A stretch of 64,000 nucleotides of DNA from Octopus bimaculoides. Its lineage: Eukaryota. The DNA lies in contig NC_068995.1 in assembly GCF_001194135.2 (NCBI RefSeq), positions 35,657,380 through 35,721,379 of the forward strand. The letters are read 5' to 3'. This document shows positions 24,287-38,604 of the stretch, one piece after another. The notes beneath the pieces were generated by a model that was not told where the DNA came from, did no database searches, and saw only the letters and a program-made list of their open reading frames with translations. Made by a program: the position numbers and the translations under genes. Position 1 is the first letter of the stretch. Each line of letters begins with the position of its first letter.

Positions 24287-25505
24287 TGTTGTTATTCCAG
24301 ATTGAAGGAGATGACTGTAACAACACTTTGAGCATACCTTACTAAACATTGCTTGTCACAGCTGTCTAGTTTGCAGAATGCAGTCGGGCCGTAAGGACAA
24401 TTTGGAAGCTCGCTGTGCATTTAAGTTTTGTGTTGTTATTCCAGATTGAAGGAGTTGGCTGTAACAACACTTTGAGCACACCTTACTAAACATTGCTTGT
24501 CACAGCTGACTAGTTTGCAGAATGCAATCGGGCCGTGAAGACAATTTGGAAGATCGCTCTGCAATTAAGTTTCGTGTTAAACTGGGTAAAAAACACTTCA
24601 GAAGCTTATGAAATGCTTCCAAAATGTTTATGGATTAACTTGTATGAGTCGAGCATCTGTTTTTTGCTAGCACATTAGAATATCAGAGCTGCTTGAGAAA
24701 ATTGGCCATTTTCAAGATGGAAACCGTTATGTGTCTATAGAGACAAATATGCATACAGTTTGGAGTTGGTGTGACAAACAACTGTGCACAGAATTATTCA
24801 TGAAAATCTGAACACACGCAAACTTTGTATTAAGTTTATTCTCGTGATACTCAGAGGCAAACAAAAAGAAAGACGCATTGGTGACAGCAAGGAGATGGTT
24901 GAACTCATCATCTCCAATTCAAGAGCATTTGAGTCTCTGATGTCCTATGACAAAAGATGAATCTACTGTTATAATCCAGAGACCAAGATAGAGAGTACCC
25001 GATAGAAGCATGCTGGTCCCCCCAGATCCGAGAAGGCCAGGCAAAGCAAGTCCTCTGGGAAGCTCATGAGGATTCCCTTTTTTTAGATCAAGGGTATCAT
25101 CTACATACCCTGGGTTCTGTCTGACCAGACGATCAACGGAGAGTACTTTGTGGAACTTTTGAAGGCGTTCAGGAAGTGATTTCGTTCAAAAGGTTGGAGC
25201 TATTCCATTCGGATGGGGGGCACCTACGCCATAGCAACGTGTCAGTCCACGATTCCATCCTGTTAACCAACTACTTAACAGAGGTGGGCAACAAAATTGC
25301 CACTCACCACCCCTACAGTCCAAACTTTTCTCCCTGTGATTTTAGTTACTTGTCAAGCTGAAGGAAAACCTCAGAAAGAGTCGTTTTGAAGTTAAAGAAT
25401 GTTGTGATAAGGATCCTATACACCCTCACTTTGGAAAACACCCATGGAGCTTTCACAAAGTAGCTGGGGCGCTACATGTGCATTGAAATCAGAGGAGCCT
25501 ACTTT
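24287..25505 (+). mobile_element. Decayed mariner with a tandem duplication of its 5' 144 bp
   Basis: Remnants EDRSAIKF.VKLGK, YCYNPETK, QTINGEYFVELL and HHPYSPNFSPCDF. Duplicated units at 24287-24430 and 24431-24574. Confidence 0.85.
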
Positions 25506-25514
25506 AATATCTTT

Positions 25515-25700
25515 TATCTTTTACTTGTTTCAATCATCTGACTGCGATCATGCTGTAGCACCACCATGGTAGGCTTTAGTCGAACGAATCGACTCAGCAC
25601 TTTTTTCTAAACCTGCTACTTTATCTATTGGTTCCTTTACCGAAGCTCTACATTATGGAGACATAGCGAAGCCAACGTCAGTTGTCGACACATGTATGGA
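25515..25700 (-). mobile_element. SINE family B 3' fragment followed by (AGAT)n
   Basis: TTTTACTTGTTTCA.TCAT.TGACTGCG..CATGCTG, as at 56445. Confidence 0.75.
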
Positions 25701-25713
25701 TAGATAGATGGAC

Positions 25714-25770
<57 letters not shown>

Positions 25771-26344
25771 GATAGATTCTTTAATAGTGTCTTACAAATA
25801 TCCAAACACGAATACGTACGCTTATTTTAATAATTGTAGCAATTCTCACAATGAGACAACTGCACATACATTTTCATATTTGAAGAAATGTTTTCTTTTT
25901 TTTTTCTTTCATAGAAATAAAACAGAAACACTGAAGAGTTTCGCCATACTTTACATAAAAGGAAGGAGCTTCAAAACAACCAAAATCAAATTCTGTGAAA
26001 AGTCATTTATAAACCTTTATAATTTCATCCCTCTTAAGATTTCTATTCTTAAGTAGTATCTACTTCATCTCAAAGTCTATTTTGGGATCTTGAAAAACAT
26101 AGTTATGAAACGTTCACCCCGTCAAGTACACGTCATCACATTGTGGGAAATATCTGCTGTGACTTAATACAGAAATATAAAGTTTTAGTAAATTACCGAT
26201 GGAAGCAAAATGTATAACATTGCATCGAAAAAAAAAAGCTAAGGTATAAAAAGAAGTAGAAAATGCTGAAAAACGAAATACAATTTGGGGAGAAATAGTA
26301 ATGAGTTAGGATAGTGTGGATTACTTCACAGACAGCATAATAAG

Positions 26345-26905
26345 CGTTTCTATTACAGGCACAGAGATTGAAATCTGAGGCATTGGGCTAGTCGATAACA
26401 TTGAACCCAGTGCTCACTTGATACTTATTTTATCGACATCAAAAGATGCTATCTCGCCACCATCACAGATAGCGTAATAGTCGTTTCAAATTTTGGCACA
26501 AGGCCAGTTCATGGGAGGTAGTAAATCGATTACATCGGCCCCAGTGTTCAGCTGGTACTTATTTTATCGACAACAAACGGCTGAAATGCTAAGTCGACCT
26601 CAGCGAATTTGAAATCAGAATATAAAGAACATTAAAAAACAAGCAGAACAAACGCCGCTAAGCATTTTGTCCAACATGCTAACGACTCTGCCAGCTCACC
26701 AACAACAAATTTAGACACAAAGCCAGTGATTTCCATGTAGATAGAGATTACATTGACCCCAGTACTCTGCAGATGCTTATTTTATCGCCCCGCAAAACTA
26801 AAAAGCTAAGCCGACATCGGAGAATTTGAACTCAGAACGTAAAGAGTCAGAAGAAACGCCGCTATGCCTTTTTGTCTAGCATCCTAACGATTGTACCAGC
26901 TCGCC
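26345..26905 (-). mobile_element. Three diverged SINE family A copies in tandem
   Basis: Copies at about 26345-26445, 26483-26700 and 26706-26905. Confidence 0.82.
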
Positions 26906-27315
26906 ACTATCGCAGATAACGTGATAATACCACTAATTGATACGAGTGTATACGTCTCCTATTGGCTTGAACTTCACCGTAGTGTTAATTGTAAAGTGCT
27001 TAAATATGCAACAAATGGATGTCTGTCGGTTTCGACGATGGGTATTCAGATGTTTGGTCACCTGGATTACCTGCCCAAGTAGTTGAGTATTCCATGATAT
27101 GTGCACTCCTAACATAATTCTTAGGCTGAATCAGCGTTAAAGTCTGTGACAATATGCGGCATTGCTGGGCCTTTAAATCACAAGTATTCTCCGTCCGACG
27201 GACTTCCACGAGGATTCCACCTACGACGTTTCACTCACAAAGGTTGGGTCGACCCAAGACCTCGTGTTCTGTTTGCGAAACGAACTTCTTAAGCATTCGG
27301 CTATAACGACGCACG

Positions 27316-27362
<47 letters not shown>

Positions 27363-27514
27363 ATACACACACTCACACACACATTTATATATAGAGAGAG
27401 ATAAATATATATATATATATTATATATACCCAGCTTCCCGGAAGACCTGCTTTGCCTGTCCTTCATGGATCTGGGAGAACCAGCATGCTTCCATCGTGTA
27501 CTCTGTATCTTTTT

Positions 27515-27920
27515 CTTGTTTCAGTTTTTTTACTGCGGCCATGCTTGGGCATCGCTTTGGGGGGATTCAGTCGAACAAATCATCCCCAGGACTTATTTCT
27601 TTAAGCCTAGTATTTCTTCTACCGAACCTTTTTGTCGAACCGCTAAGCTACGAGGACGTAGACGCAGCAACATCGGTTGTCAAGCGGTGGTAGGGGATAA
27701 GCAGACACACATAGATATATAAATGTGTGTGTGTGTGTGAGTGTGTGTGTGTGTGCACGTGCGCGTGTGTGCATGTATGTGTATGAATGTATGTATGTAT
27801 ACGTCGGGATTCTTTTAGTTTCCGTATCCCAAATCCGATCAATCCGAGGCTATACTAGCATATAGTCACCCAAGATGCCACGCAGTGGGACTGAACCCAG
27901 AACCATGTGATCTGCAAGCA
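27515..27920 (-). mobile_element. SINE family B copy
   Basis: 3' CAGCATGGCCGCAG, central microsatellite and CORE-like CCCAAGATGCCACGCAGTGGGAC. Confidence 0.8.
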
Positions 27921-28006
27921 AGTTTCTTACCACACACACACACACTCGCTCGCGCGCGCATACACACATTTATTCATACATACATACATACATACATACA
28001 TACATG

Positions 28007-29323
28007 CAGGGTTTCGGGATAAATTTGAGAGTCTGAATGAAAGAAGAAAATATACTATCCCTTCCAAAAATAACTTTTTTTTTAATCAAAATATATCAAC
28101 TAGATTGTGGCTGAGAGATAATAGTTTTCTCAAAGTAGCCGCTCTCAACTTCCACCACGGCTTCACTGTATCTTTCTGAAGATCTTCTTCGAATGCTTCC
28201 TTGATTTTGCTCACCTGCTCAGCCTTAGTGCTGCTGGCAGGGTGGTTGGTGTCTTTCTCAACCACGCTCCACCTATAGTGTGATCCATAGGATCACAATC
28301 GTGGAAATTAGGAAACCAGAGATTGTGGTTGGTGAAGTTGTAGAAATTCTCCGACTGCAATTTCCGAGTCTATCCGGAGGACCAGTAAGGATGCGAATCC
28401 TGCTGCCACACATATGACCTTCGGGCGAGCTGGCAGACAGCGGCGAGCTGGCAGAAACGTTAGCACACCGGGCGAAATGCTTAGCGGTATTTCGTCTGCC
28501 GCTACGTTCTGAGTTCAAATTCCGCCGAGGTCGACTTTGCCTTTCATCCTTTCGGGGTCGATAAATTAAGTACCAGTTACGCACTAGGGTCGATATAATC
28601 GACTTAATCCGTTTGTCTGTCCTTGTTTGTCCCCTCTGTGTGTAGCCCCTTGTGGGCAGTAAAGAAATAGGTATTTCGTCTACCGCTACGTTCTGAGTTC
28701 AAATTCCGCCGAGGTCGACTTCGCCTTTCATCCTTTCGGGGTCGATTAAATAAGTACCAGTTACCCACTGGGGTCGATATAATCGACTTAATCCGTGTTT
28801 GTCTGTCCTTGTTTGTCCCGTCTGTGTGTAGCCCCTTGTGGGTCGTAAAGAAATAACACATATGACCTTCCAACAACAACCCCCAAATCCTGGCTAGCCA
28901 GGATTTGACCACAATCTCCAACAGCTTACCACATAACCATCTAAATTGAACCCAGGCCCCAGTTCAAAGATGTGGGGGTGAATTCCGGCGTGTAGGCGTA
29001 GTCAGAACACCTGTTGTGTCCCTTCCTACTTGTCATGGTCTTGTAGCTGTTCATGTCGCGTTAGCCTTTATCAGTGTTCGCAGAGCATCGAGCTACAGTT
29101 ACGATGTCGGCATTTTGATAACCGGCGCGAATCTCATGATACAAGTAACACTTTTCCAATATCCAGATGGCTTCCAGTTCTCCATGTCAGCTAACTTTTT
29201 CTCATTTACAACTTTCATTTTTATGCTCTCCGAAACCGTTGACTATTCATGAATACACCAAGCTGTTTCAGAAAAAAAAAAGAAGACATAAAAAAAATGA
29301 TCAAATTTAGCCCGAATACCCTG
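28007..29323 (-). mobile_element. Internally deleted maT/mori-type (DD37D) Tc1-mariner element
   Basis: TIRs CAGGGTTTCGGGATAAATTTGA and TCAAATTTAGCCCGAATACCCTG. The minus strand reads VWQQD-(37 aa)-PMD, plus PHIFE and VVEVESGYFEK. Confidence 0.85.
28423..28855 (+). mobile_element. Dimeric SINE family A insertion with a 15-bp TSD
   Basis: ACACATATGACCTTC at 28408-28422 and 28856-28870 flanks a short head duplicate, one full unit and one 5'-truncated unit. Confidence 0.92.
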
Positions 29324-29595
29324 TACACATATATTTTGATGCTGTCAATTGGTTTAACTATTCCATATAAATACTTGAAAATCATTGATGTAAATGGCAA
29401 TTGACATGAAGTAGGGATATGTCTGAACGGTGATCGTCCTTTAAAGATAAATTAATCAGCCACATAACAGATCAGAGCAATGTTTAATTTTGTGTTTGTG
29501 AAGAGATTATGATATGTATTCACTTTTGTTTATTTCCCAGACCATAAGCGTTACGAACCAAACTGTAGTGAAACTACTTTCATTTTATCTTAGGG

Positions 29596-30260
29596 GTGGG
29601 GGGGAGAGGAGGGAAAGAGGAGGGGAAGAGGAGGGGAAGAGGGGGAAGAGGAGAGGAAGAGGAGGGGAAGCGGAGGGGAAGNNNNNNNNNNNNNNNNNNN
29701 NNNNNNNNNNNNNNNNNNNNNNNNNNNNNNNNNNNNNNNNNNNNNNNNNNNNNNNNNNNNNNNNNNNNNNNNNNNNNNNNNNNNNNNNNNNNNNNNNNNN
29801 NNNNNNNNNNNNNNNNNNNNNNNNNNNNNNNNNNNNNNNNNNNNNNNNNNNNNNNNNNNNNNNNNNNNNNNNNNNNNNNNNNNNNNNNNNNNNNNNNNNN
29901 NNNNNNNNNNNNNNNNNNNNNNNNNNNNNNNNNNNNNNNNNNNNNNNNNNNNNNNNNNNNNNNNNNNNNNNNNAAGGGATGGGGAGGGGAGGAGGGGAGG
30001 GTGATGATGATGATGATGATGATGATGGTGATGAGGAGGAGGAGGAGGAGGGGAGGAGACGGAAAAGAAGGAGAAAGAAGAGGATGAGATGAGGGAAGGG
30101 GCAGAGGAGAAAGAAGAGAGGAAAAGGAGGGGAGGAGGAGGTGAGGAAGAAGAGAATGTGAAAAAAGTGGAGGTAAACAACAGCAAAAACAGTAAGAGGA
30201 GGGGAAGAGGGAAAAAGAAGAACAACAATAAGAACGACAGGAGGAGGAGGAGGAGATCAT
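29596..30260. repeat. Purine-rich (GA/GGA/GAT)n low-complexity tract spanning an N-gap
   Basis: Read directly. Confidence 0.95.
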
Positions 30261-30398
30261 CCACATGATCATGATAATAAAATTGCTAGAATGATGCGTT
30301 AATGACTCTGTTTATGAATTCTTAATCTGCTGTTCATCAATGTATCCATTAAATGTCAACCAAATACTGGAGACGTTTATTTTCTCTTATTCTCTCTT

Positions 30399-30440
<42 letters not shown>

Positions 30441-33400
30441 CCTCTCTCCCTCTGTGTTCTCAGAACCGGGTACACTACACAGTAAGAGAGCTGTCTGGAA
30501 CCTTTAGACAGTGCCCTTTCCCCACAAGAAATGGGAAGTGGGAAGCATTGAGCTAGGGCCTAATAAACTTCTCATTTTTCATGCTACGAAAAGAAACATC
30601 GTAACTATGGATGAAACGATTTACTATATCCATCACGGAACATTTAAAAAACAAGCAAACATCCCCACCCACCTCTCTATTCAGAACAAAGGAGAAATAA
30701 TATAGTGACAAATGACAGCAATATTTACATTGCAACACCGGAAGCCGATCGTAAATCAAAACTTACTCTCTAATGCAGCCATAGAATTGATGTTTCGACG
30801 CTTCAATGTGTTGACAGGTTTATTTGGTTAAGACTATGTTTGGATCTAGAGAGCGATCAAACACATTTTCCATCGCGCTGGACCATTGATTATTGGAGGC
30901 TAATGGATCAGTTGGGACAATAATCGATGATAATGCTGATGGTGGTAGTGGTGATGACGGTAATGGTGATAGAGGTGGCGATGACGGTGGTGATGGTGAT
31001 GTGGTGGTAGTGGTAGTGGTGAAGGTGATGGTGATGGCGGTGGTCATTGTGCTGATGTTAGTGAGATCGGTGATGACCGTGGCAGCAGAAATGGTCTACA
31101 AATATTGGGAAACGGATGTGATATTAAGTAAAAGTTAACAACTTAATGCACGAGACACATCGTTTTCTTCCTTTAGCATTATAATTAATTTCAGATTTAA
31201 TATTGTCTGTCATTTTATTGTTGGAATGGGTGCAGCAGATGATAAAACGACTTAGCAGTCCGGTTTCGATTCACTTTGCAATTACAGTCGTATATTTTGT
31301 CCACTCGTATGCAATAAAAGAGTTGTAGAAATGAGTGAAGTGTATAACAGTAGGTATTTTCGTTTCCAATCATTATTTACATATATTTAAACACCACCAG
31401 GAAGGAACAGTAAGTGTTATGGACGCTCCTCCTCTTCCTCCTTTGATTAACTAACAAATAATCAACGTCCTTCAATTACTTCTTGTGAAAAAGTTGAACT
31501 GAGACAGAAGTGCTGTTCTTGGCGTAATCATCGAGGAAGAAATGGTACAACATTTTACATTTCCTTGAAGAATTGAGCAATTAGAAGGCACAGTGTTGAG
31601 AACAAAATTTGATAAATTGTTCCTCATTGAGTGAATACACATTTTCTTGCCATACCAAAGTACACACATTAATGCATACATATGTAGTGGTTTCATGCAG
31701 ACATGGTGTGGATTCGATCTTCGATTGCCAAATTTCACTTAACAGTCTAACAGTACTTTTCTCACGGCAAAACAATAGTTTTTTTTTTTTTTGTGAGTAA
31801 CAGCAGTTACATTTACCAGATGCCTTCGCTAAGTAGAATAATGTCTTTGCCACTTGACCCTTCTAACCTCTTCTATTTCACCAAAAACTAGAATAGAGAT
31901 AACAGACCCCTAACGAAATGTATTGTTATTAACAATATGCCTATCCTTCTGGCTGGTTTTGCATAGTTATAAATACTAGAATTTGGTAAGACAAAATCAT
32001 TTAGTGAACAGAGACCAACTAGAGTCATGGTTACAAGCAGGCTGCCACTAATGACAAACGGCCAGAGGGAGAAAGAAGGTTACAATCAGCCAACTATGAG
32101 ACACAATTTCCCTCGACTCTATAACTTTCACTAGCTCACATTCTTTTCTCTTACAACATCATTCTATGACTATCTATGGTTTTATAACTACAATAAGAAC
32201 GTGTACACACATACAGGCCGAAATTAACTTTCTTAACCGCGCATGCCCTTTCAATTATATCACACCTACCCGTCGAGGCATGGCATTATACAAAGTAACG
32301 GTAAATAAATATCTCTTTACAATTTCGATCACTGTTCTTCTTTCATCTTGCATATCTGCAACAACACCCGATACAATCGCTAACTGCCGACTCCAACATA
32401 TAATCATAATACAAGGCGTTACCTTGATGACCCTCGACTGCAACGAATATGATTACCGTTACATTGGCGACCCTCGACTACAACGAAGAACTAACTGTCA
32501 CAATTGCTGACTCCGATGCTAAAAAGAATTACTGCCTTTCTGATATTGCATGTTTCATTATGTCGTCACATACATTTGTCAAATACATTGGTAACCCCGA
32601 CTAGAAAGAACTACTTCCTTCTGATACGACAAGAGCCGTTGCATATCGTTACAGCTACCATAACAGGCATCGTTACACTGATGACCCCGTCTAAAATCAG
32701 TTGCTACCTTCTAATGCTACATGCCGCTGCATTTTGCTGACTTTGAACTAAAGAACTACAGTCTTTATATCAATAGTCGCTAAACCAAAGAAAAAGAATG
32801 ATAAACTTCGTCACCACCAAGATGCGCCCTCGTTCAACTTGCTACAGAAAGCACTATAGTGCGATGCAAACTGCGATTAACTTCACTACAATGCAACACT
32901 GCCGACTCACAAAGATTTCGCTGACCATGGATGTCAATAAATGCATCATTTCGACAGCTACATCCCCAGAAACCAACTAGAAGAAAATACGAAAGTCCAC
33001 ACATGCAACCTTTTCGGCGCACACACGCTTTTCATCTTGTCTCGACGTACACACCCTGCATTGTCTACGAACTTTTGCACGTATATAAGACTCTGATATA
33101 GACTTTCAACAACTCATTTTCTTTGCATGCACATCTTTTTTGCACTTTCAGCAGTAGACTCTTAACAAAGGACACTATTTCCAGCTAAGCTTATCACTTT
33201 TCTTTACTTATTTCTGTACCTTTCATTTCTTTTGCTGCACCGCACAACGTTCATACATGTACCTGAATACAAACACTGTCGTATTCATGCACCACACCAT
33301 GCTTTTCTCGCTTGTTTATCATGCACCCTTGTAGACACGGCTTGCCTCTTTAAGACCCTAGGCTGGTCACGTATACATAGAGAAAGTTGTTCGTCCTCTA

Positions 33401-33959
33401 CAACACGTCATATGCCTCACTAACAGTTAATAAAAATTTCTTTACAACTTCGACCAGTTCTTTCATCTTGCACATCTGCAACCACAACACCCGTTACAAT
33501 TGTCAACTTCCGAGCCATTATTGCTCATTGATTACAATTGACTAAAACCAACTTAATAATACCGTTACACGTACATGATATGTGATACCAGTTCAAATAT
33601 GTTTGAGAAACATTTCAGTCACTAAAAAAGGCTTTCCACTGCAGATTGTCATGAAGAAAACTTCTTGCTTGTGATGTTAAGAAAGTGTAAAGCACCATTA
33701 TCAGGTTCAAAGTGCTTTCTATTGAACTGATGGATATTTGGAACAATTTCGTCCTCATTGGCACCAGTTACTAAGGAGAGGAGACTCTGAACTGACTAAG
33801 AAGCTTAGTTTCTATTGTAAGGAATCCTTCAAAAGTATCAACCGATAGCGCATATCGGCTGCCAGGCTGTAGTAAATTCGTGAGTAAATTTGCAAAGTAG
33901 TAAATGAAAGAAAACAAACTTGATACTAGCTTGTTAGTTCAGAGTTGCCTCTCTTTAGT

Positions 33960-34570
33960 ATATAGTACTGATGATAACAAAATTAGTTTGTAAAACAATG
34001 AAGGAAATGAGCTGGCTATGGTGTTTCAAGCGAGAACTTTTTTCTCTATCACAAACTTCAGTGAGCAGCCTTTCATTGATTTTAATATGTCCCACATATT
34101 TAAAATGGTATCAAGTTTGTTTACTTTCGGTCCGGGTTTTTTCAAATTTATTAATGCTGACATCTATTAATCAATAAATATTACAATAGAAAGGAAGAAA
34201 TGTAACACTTTCACTCAAAGCAGTAATAAAATTCTACTTTAGCAACTGCACTCAGCAATCTAATTTGTTTCAAAGCACCACGAACATTATTTCTAACCAT
34301 GCACGAGCCAGTGAAGAAACCTTTTCGTCAAGGGTTCTCAAACTGTCAAATACCAGCTCTCCCTACGCAAAAATGTGTTTGAGATTTTTTTTACCCATTC
34401 CCAACTTTCATTAATGCGAAGACAATATAGAGTTTGTATCCATACAATTCTTCTTTTTTGCCATAGTGTTGAACAACTTTAAAAAAGTTTAAGGCCGTCT
34501 TAATTTCATTAAATATGATAATTTGTTTGCCTCTTTCAAATCCTCATGGCCCCCAGCTACAAGAAACATT
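33960..34570 (-). mobile_element. Possible decayed hAT-family element
   Basis: The minus strand reads MSALINLKKPGPKVNKLD, a weak match to the hAT C-terminal FSAL..IKTK.RNKLD. The end GGCCCCCAGCTACAAGAAACATTG resembles hAT termini. Confidence 0.35.
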
Positions 34571-34934
34571 GATTTCTGCTATTGTTCCACGTGACAGAGA
34601 AATAGTAACCAAATCTCATTCAATTTAATTGTTTTAAAAAGTAAAAACACATCGGACAAGATAGTTTTAGATTATACATAAAGAAACGAAAGTAATACTT
34701 GGGCAGTTTTTCATGCACACTCGATCAGGGCTAACAAGTGGCTCGACGACACCTTAAGTTATTGTTGTTCAACAAACAGATCTTTCTCTTCCAGCCTCCA
34801 TTTCATGCAATAATTATATAAAGACAATCTATGCAGCAAAAAGCTTGTTCACAGACATTCGGGTCCACATCGTAATAAAAATCTACTGCTGATGCAACAA
34901 ATACTGATTCAGCAACAACTAATATTACCACCAC

Positions 34935-35075
34935 TGATATTCCGCCGAGGTCGACTTTACATCTCATCTTTTCAGGATCGATAAAATAAGTAACATTTGA
35001 GCACTAGGGTCGATGTAATGTACTTAACCCCTTTCCCAAAATTTCTAGCCTTGTGCCGAACTTGTAAACCAATAT
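34935..35075 (+). mobile_element. SINE family A 3' part
   Basis: TCCGCCGAGGTCGACTTT through CCTTGTGCC..AAACCAAT. Confidence 0.8.
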
Positions 35076-35889
35076 TGCTACCATTGATGATGATTGTACA
35101 GTGAATTGATGCATAAAGTGAAGTTTGTTATATATTAGAAACATATAATGAAGATATCAAAAATTTATAAATATTTATGTAAAATTATAAAATGACATAT
35201 GAACAATTCGAATTGCATTTTACACAAAGATCTACAAGTTATATAGCCAGTAAGACACACAAGACGAAATTTCCAACTGTCTGACAAATATTATAATGGT
35301 CGCTATACAGGTTGACCAAACATCGTTATAGCTCTACCGAAATATATTACTAACTGAGTGAATAACGAGTATGAAGTCAGTACAATATATGCTTCATTGA
35401 CTGGGTCAGTTGTAAGATACCTGTATTGACCTTCACACTTATTCTGCTGAAGTGCTAAGTTACAGGGACGTAAACAAACCAATACCGGTTGACAAGCGAT
35501 GATGGAAGATAAATACAAACACGAAAACACACACACACGTACACATACACACGCATGCACACACACATACGCACACACTGCCCCAAAAAGGGTCAGTTCA
35601 TGTACGATTACCGTCCACTAGTCAGCAAGCGTTGAATTCCATGTCTCTAATACGAATTTTCTCTCATGAGGACACCAACCAAACACTTCACTTTTGGAAT
35701 TTAAAAAGGCCCCCCCAAAGTCAAACGTAGTTTTCATCGTCTGCTGCCACTGAGGTAGGTCCAGGCTGTTCCAGGAGCTTCCATTTAATCCTCTATGGTG
35801 TTCCCTCTTCCTTTAAACACCAAGTGTATGTCCTTGTATATAACTGTATATATATATATATATATATATGTCCCTTTACATAACTGTGC

Positions 35890-35933
<44 letters not shown>

Positions 35934-38357
35934 TAAAATAATTATAATTGTTATAATTTTCTAATTTTCAATTTAATTTTAATTTTTTATAAATTGATTT
36001 TAATTGAGTNNNNNNNNNNNNNNNNNNNNNNNNNNNNNNNNNNNNNNNNNNNNNNNNNNNNNNNNNNNNNNNNNNNNNNNNNNNNNNNNNNNNNNNNNNN
36101 NNNNNNNNNNNNNNNNNNNNNNNNNNNNNNNNNNNNNNNNNNNNNNNNNNNNNNNNNNNNNNNNNNNNNNNNNNNNNNNNNNNNNNNNNNNNNNNNNNNN
36201 NNNNNNNNNNNNNNNNNNNNNNNNNNNNNNNNNNNNNNNNTATATATGCATATATACCTATATATATATATATCTATGTATCTATGTATGCATATTTATA
36301 CAGAGAGAAAGACAGAAGGTGAATAAAAAAATCAAACTACAATAGCGAGATAAGTTCAGCTCGAATATTTTAGGCATTATCAACCGGCCTTAATTATTGA
36401 TCCAACCTTTAACACAGTTTTCTGCACTTTATATAACAAGTAGCCAAAATTAATTTTTGTATTCCATTTTATAATTGTGTGTTCTATATGTTACAGAGAC
36501 ACATAGACACACACAGACACACACAGACACACACAAACACACAGACACACACGCATATGCACGCGCACCCTCGCACACATTGATTTCTCCCTATTCGAGT
36601 TTATACATGTCTGTTTATAATGTGGGTAGATTATGGATTAACATATAAATCACTAATCTAGAATAATAAACTAAAATCAGTACCTTTCTAGATTATATAT
36701 CAACACACAAATCAGGACGTTACCTAACGCTATAGGTACAGGAGCTGTCTTTATTGTTTGTATGGAAGTACCTACAAATTTGGACATTTTTTAAAATATA
36801 CTTTACTATTTATGATTTATATGCCTAACTGGTATATATTCGGTTTTGTTTATGTACTTATTCACATTTCGAAGTTAATCATTGTTATTGATGATGCCGC
36901 TGCTATTGTTGTCGTTAGGATTTTGGCTAACAAAGTTTCTATTTATTACTATTGAAATAACTGAAAATGATTAAAGAACTGTACAGACACAGCTATCGCC
37001 CCCGATCACACCTTTGGCAGCATTACCAAAATAAAATTTTCCACCGCCCTCTGTTGACGATACTGCCAACTTTGAGAAGCACTGTCTTACGTGATAGCCG
37101 TTGACTGACCAGAATTAGTTGGAGGCCGACTAAGAGCGAATTCAACAAAACTAATATGCTTATACAAGTGTCTTAATGTGTGAGAGCGTGTATATGGAAG
37201 AGTTTTTGTGTTGTGCGTGTGTATGTGCGGTATGTGTAGTATGCGCGATGTGTATGTTGGTGGATAGAGTCAGCAGAGGAGTAAGAGAAGTTGAAACTGC
37301 AGATTGAATATAAGTATGTGTGTTTGCATGTGTGTGTTTCTATGTCTGTGTCTGTTTGCATGTGTGTGTGTTACCCATTAATAAATTTCGTGTAACAATG
37401 AGGCTTTCAATAAAATCAGCATAGTTTTGGTATTGTTTTTAAAAGCATGTCTTTGAATTCTATTCTTTTCTTCTTGAAACTATGTACAAACATTTAAGCT
37501 GCGAGCAGTATGGTGTGTAACTTAAAAGCATAATTTAAATTCTGCTATTTGAAAATTTTCGCATATTCGGGACTTACACTTTGTGAGTAACATTAATACG
37601 AAAAACCATTACTAAGGAATTCTGCATGTTCTGATAAGGCAAGGAGTCCAAGAGAGAGAGAGAGAGAGAGAGAAGGAGGGAGAGATAACAAGTCTAGTAA
37701 CCCTCTTGACATCACTGTACCCATTCCTGTTGAAAATGGCAATTCTTTTCTGTTTTATACTTTAAATGGATTTTCCCTAAACATATAAAGTTTTCATGGT
37801 TCTACAAGTCTTTAGAGCTTAATGTTTTCTCGATTTTTCATTGGGAAATAAAATGAATACAATCACATGGTTTCAGATTCCTCCTAGTATGAGACACTTT
37901 GAACAAATGTTTGAGCATCGTATCAACACAAATCATGTGAGGGTAACGTGGAAGGATAAAATAGTGTGGAAGCTTGTCGGGTGTACTGTACTCGTTCACT
38001 GGCGGAAGACCTAAATAGTTGGTTTAGTTAACGTTATCCTGTGGTCTGTAAGTGCATGAAACAAAGTCAACTTTGTTATAAATATTCACAGAGACATGTT
38101 AGTCTTTATCTAAATTAGTGATTTTGAAGTCCTTATACGATTTTGTTATTAAAATTTATCTGCAATATGTTAGACTTCTACAATACTCAAAATATTTTAC
38201 CAATATTTCAAAACCAATTCTTAGTAAAATTTCATTACAAAAATATAATAGGATTCTTTAATCATCGAATGGCTATGACGGTCCGCCCAAGTAAAATAGG
38301 TATCAAAGACGTCCATACGTATTTAAAAATGGTTGAGAAACGCTGATTTAAATAAAG

Positions 38358-38604
38358 GTCACCCAGCTGGCATAAACGTTAGCACGCCGGGCGAAATGCT
38401 TAGCAGTATTTCGTCTGCCGCTACGTTCTGAGTTTAAATTCCGCCGCGGTCGACTTTGCCTTTCATCCTTTCGGGGTCGATTAAATAAGTACCAGTTACA
38501 CACTGGGGGTCGACTTAATCCGTTTGTTTGTCCTTGTTTGTCCCCTCTGTGTGTAGCCCCTTGTGGGCAGCAAAGAAATAAGAAATAAGAAATAAGAAAT
38601 AAAG
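38358..38604 (+). mobile_element. SINE family A young copy with (AAGAAAT)n tail
   Basis: Near-identical to the 28441 copy, with a tandem 7-mer tail. Confidence 0.9.

Noticed and set aside
25914-26056. Strong acceptor followed by a 47-codon open frame
   Set aside because: The composition mirrors AT-rich random sequence, there is no good donor, and there is no recognisable protein. The same applies to 31195-31306 and about 62444-62548.
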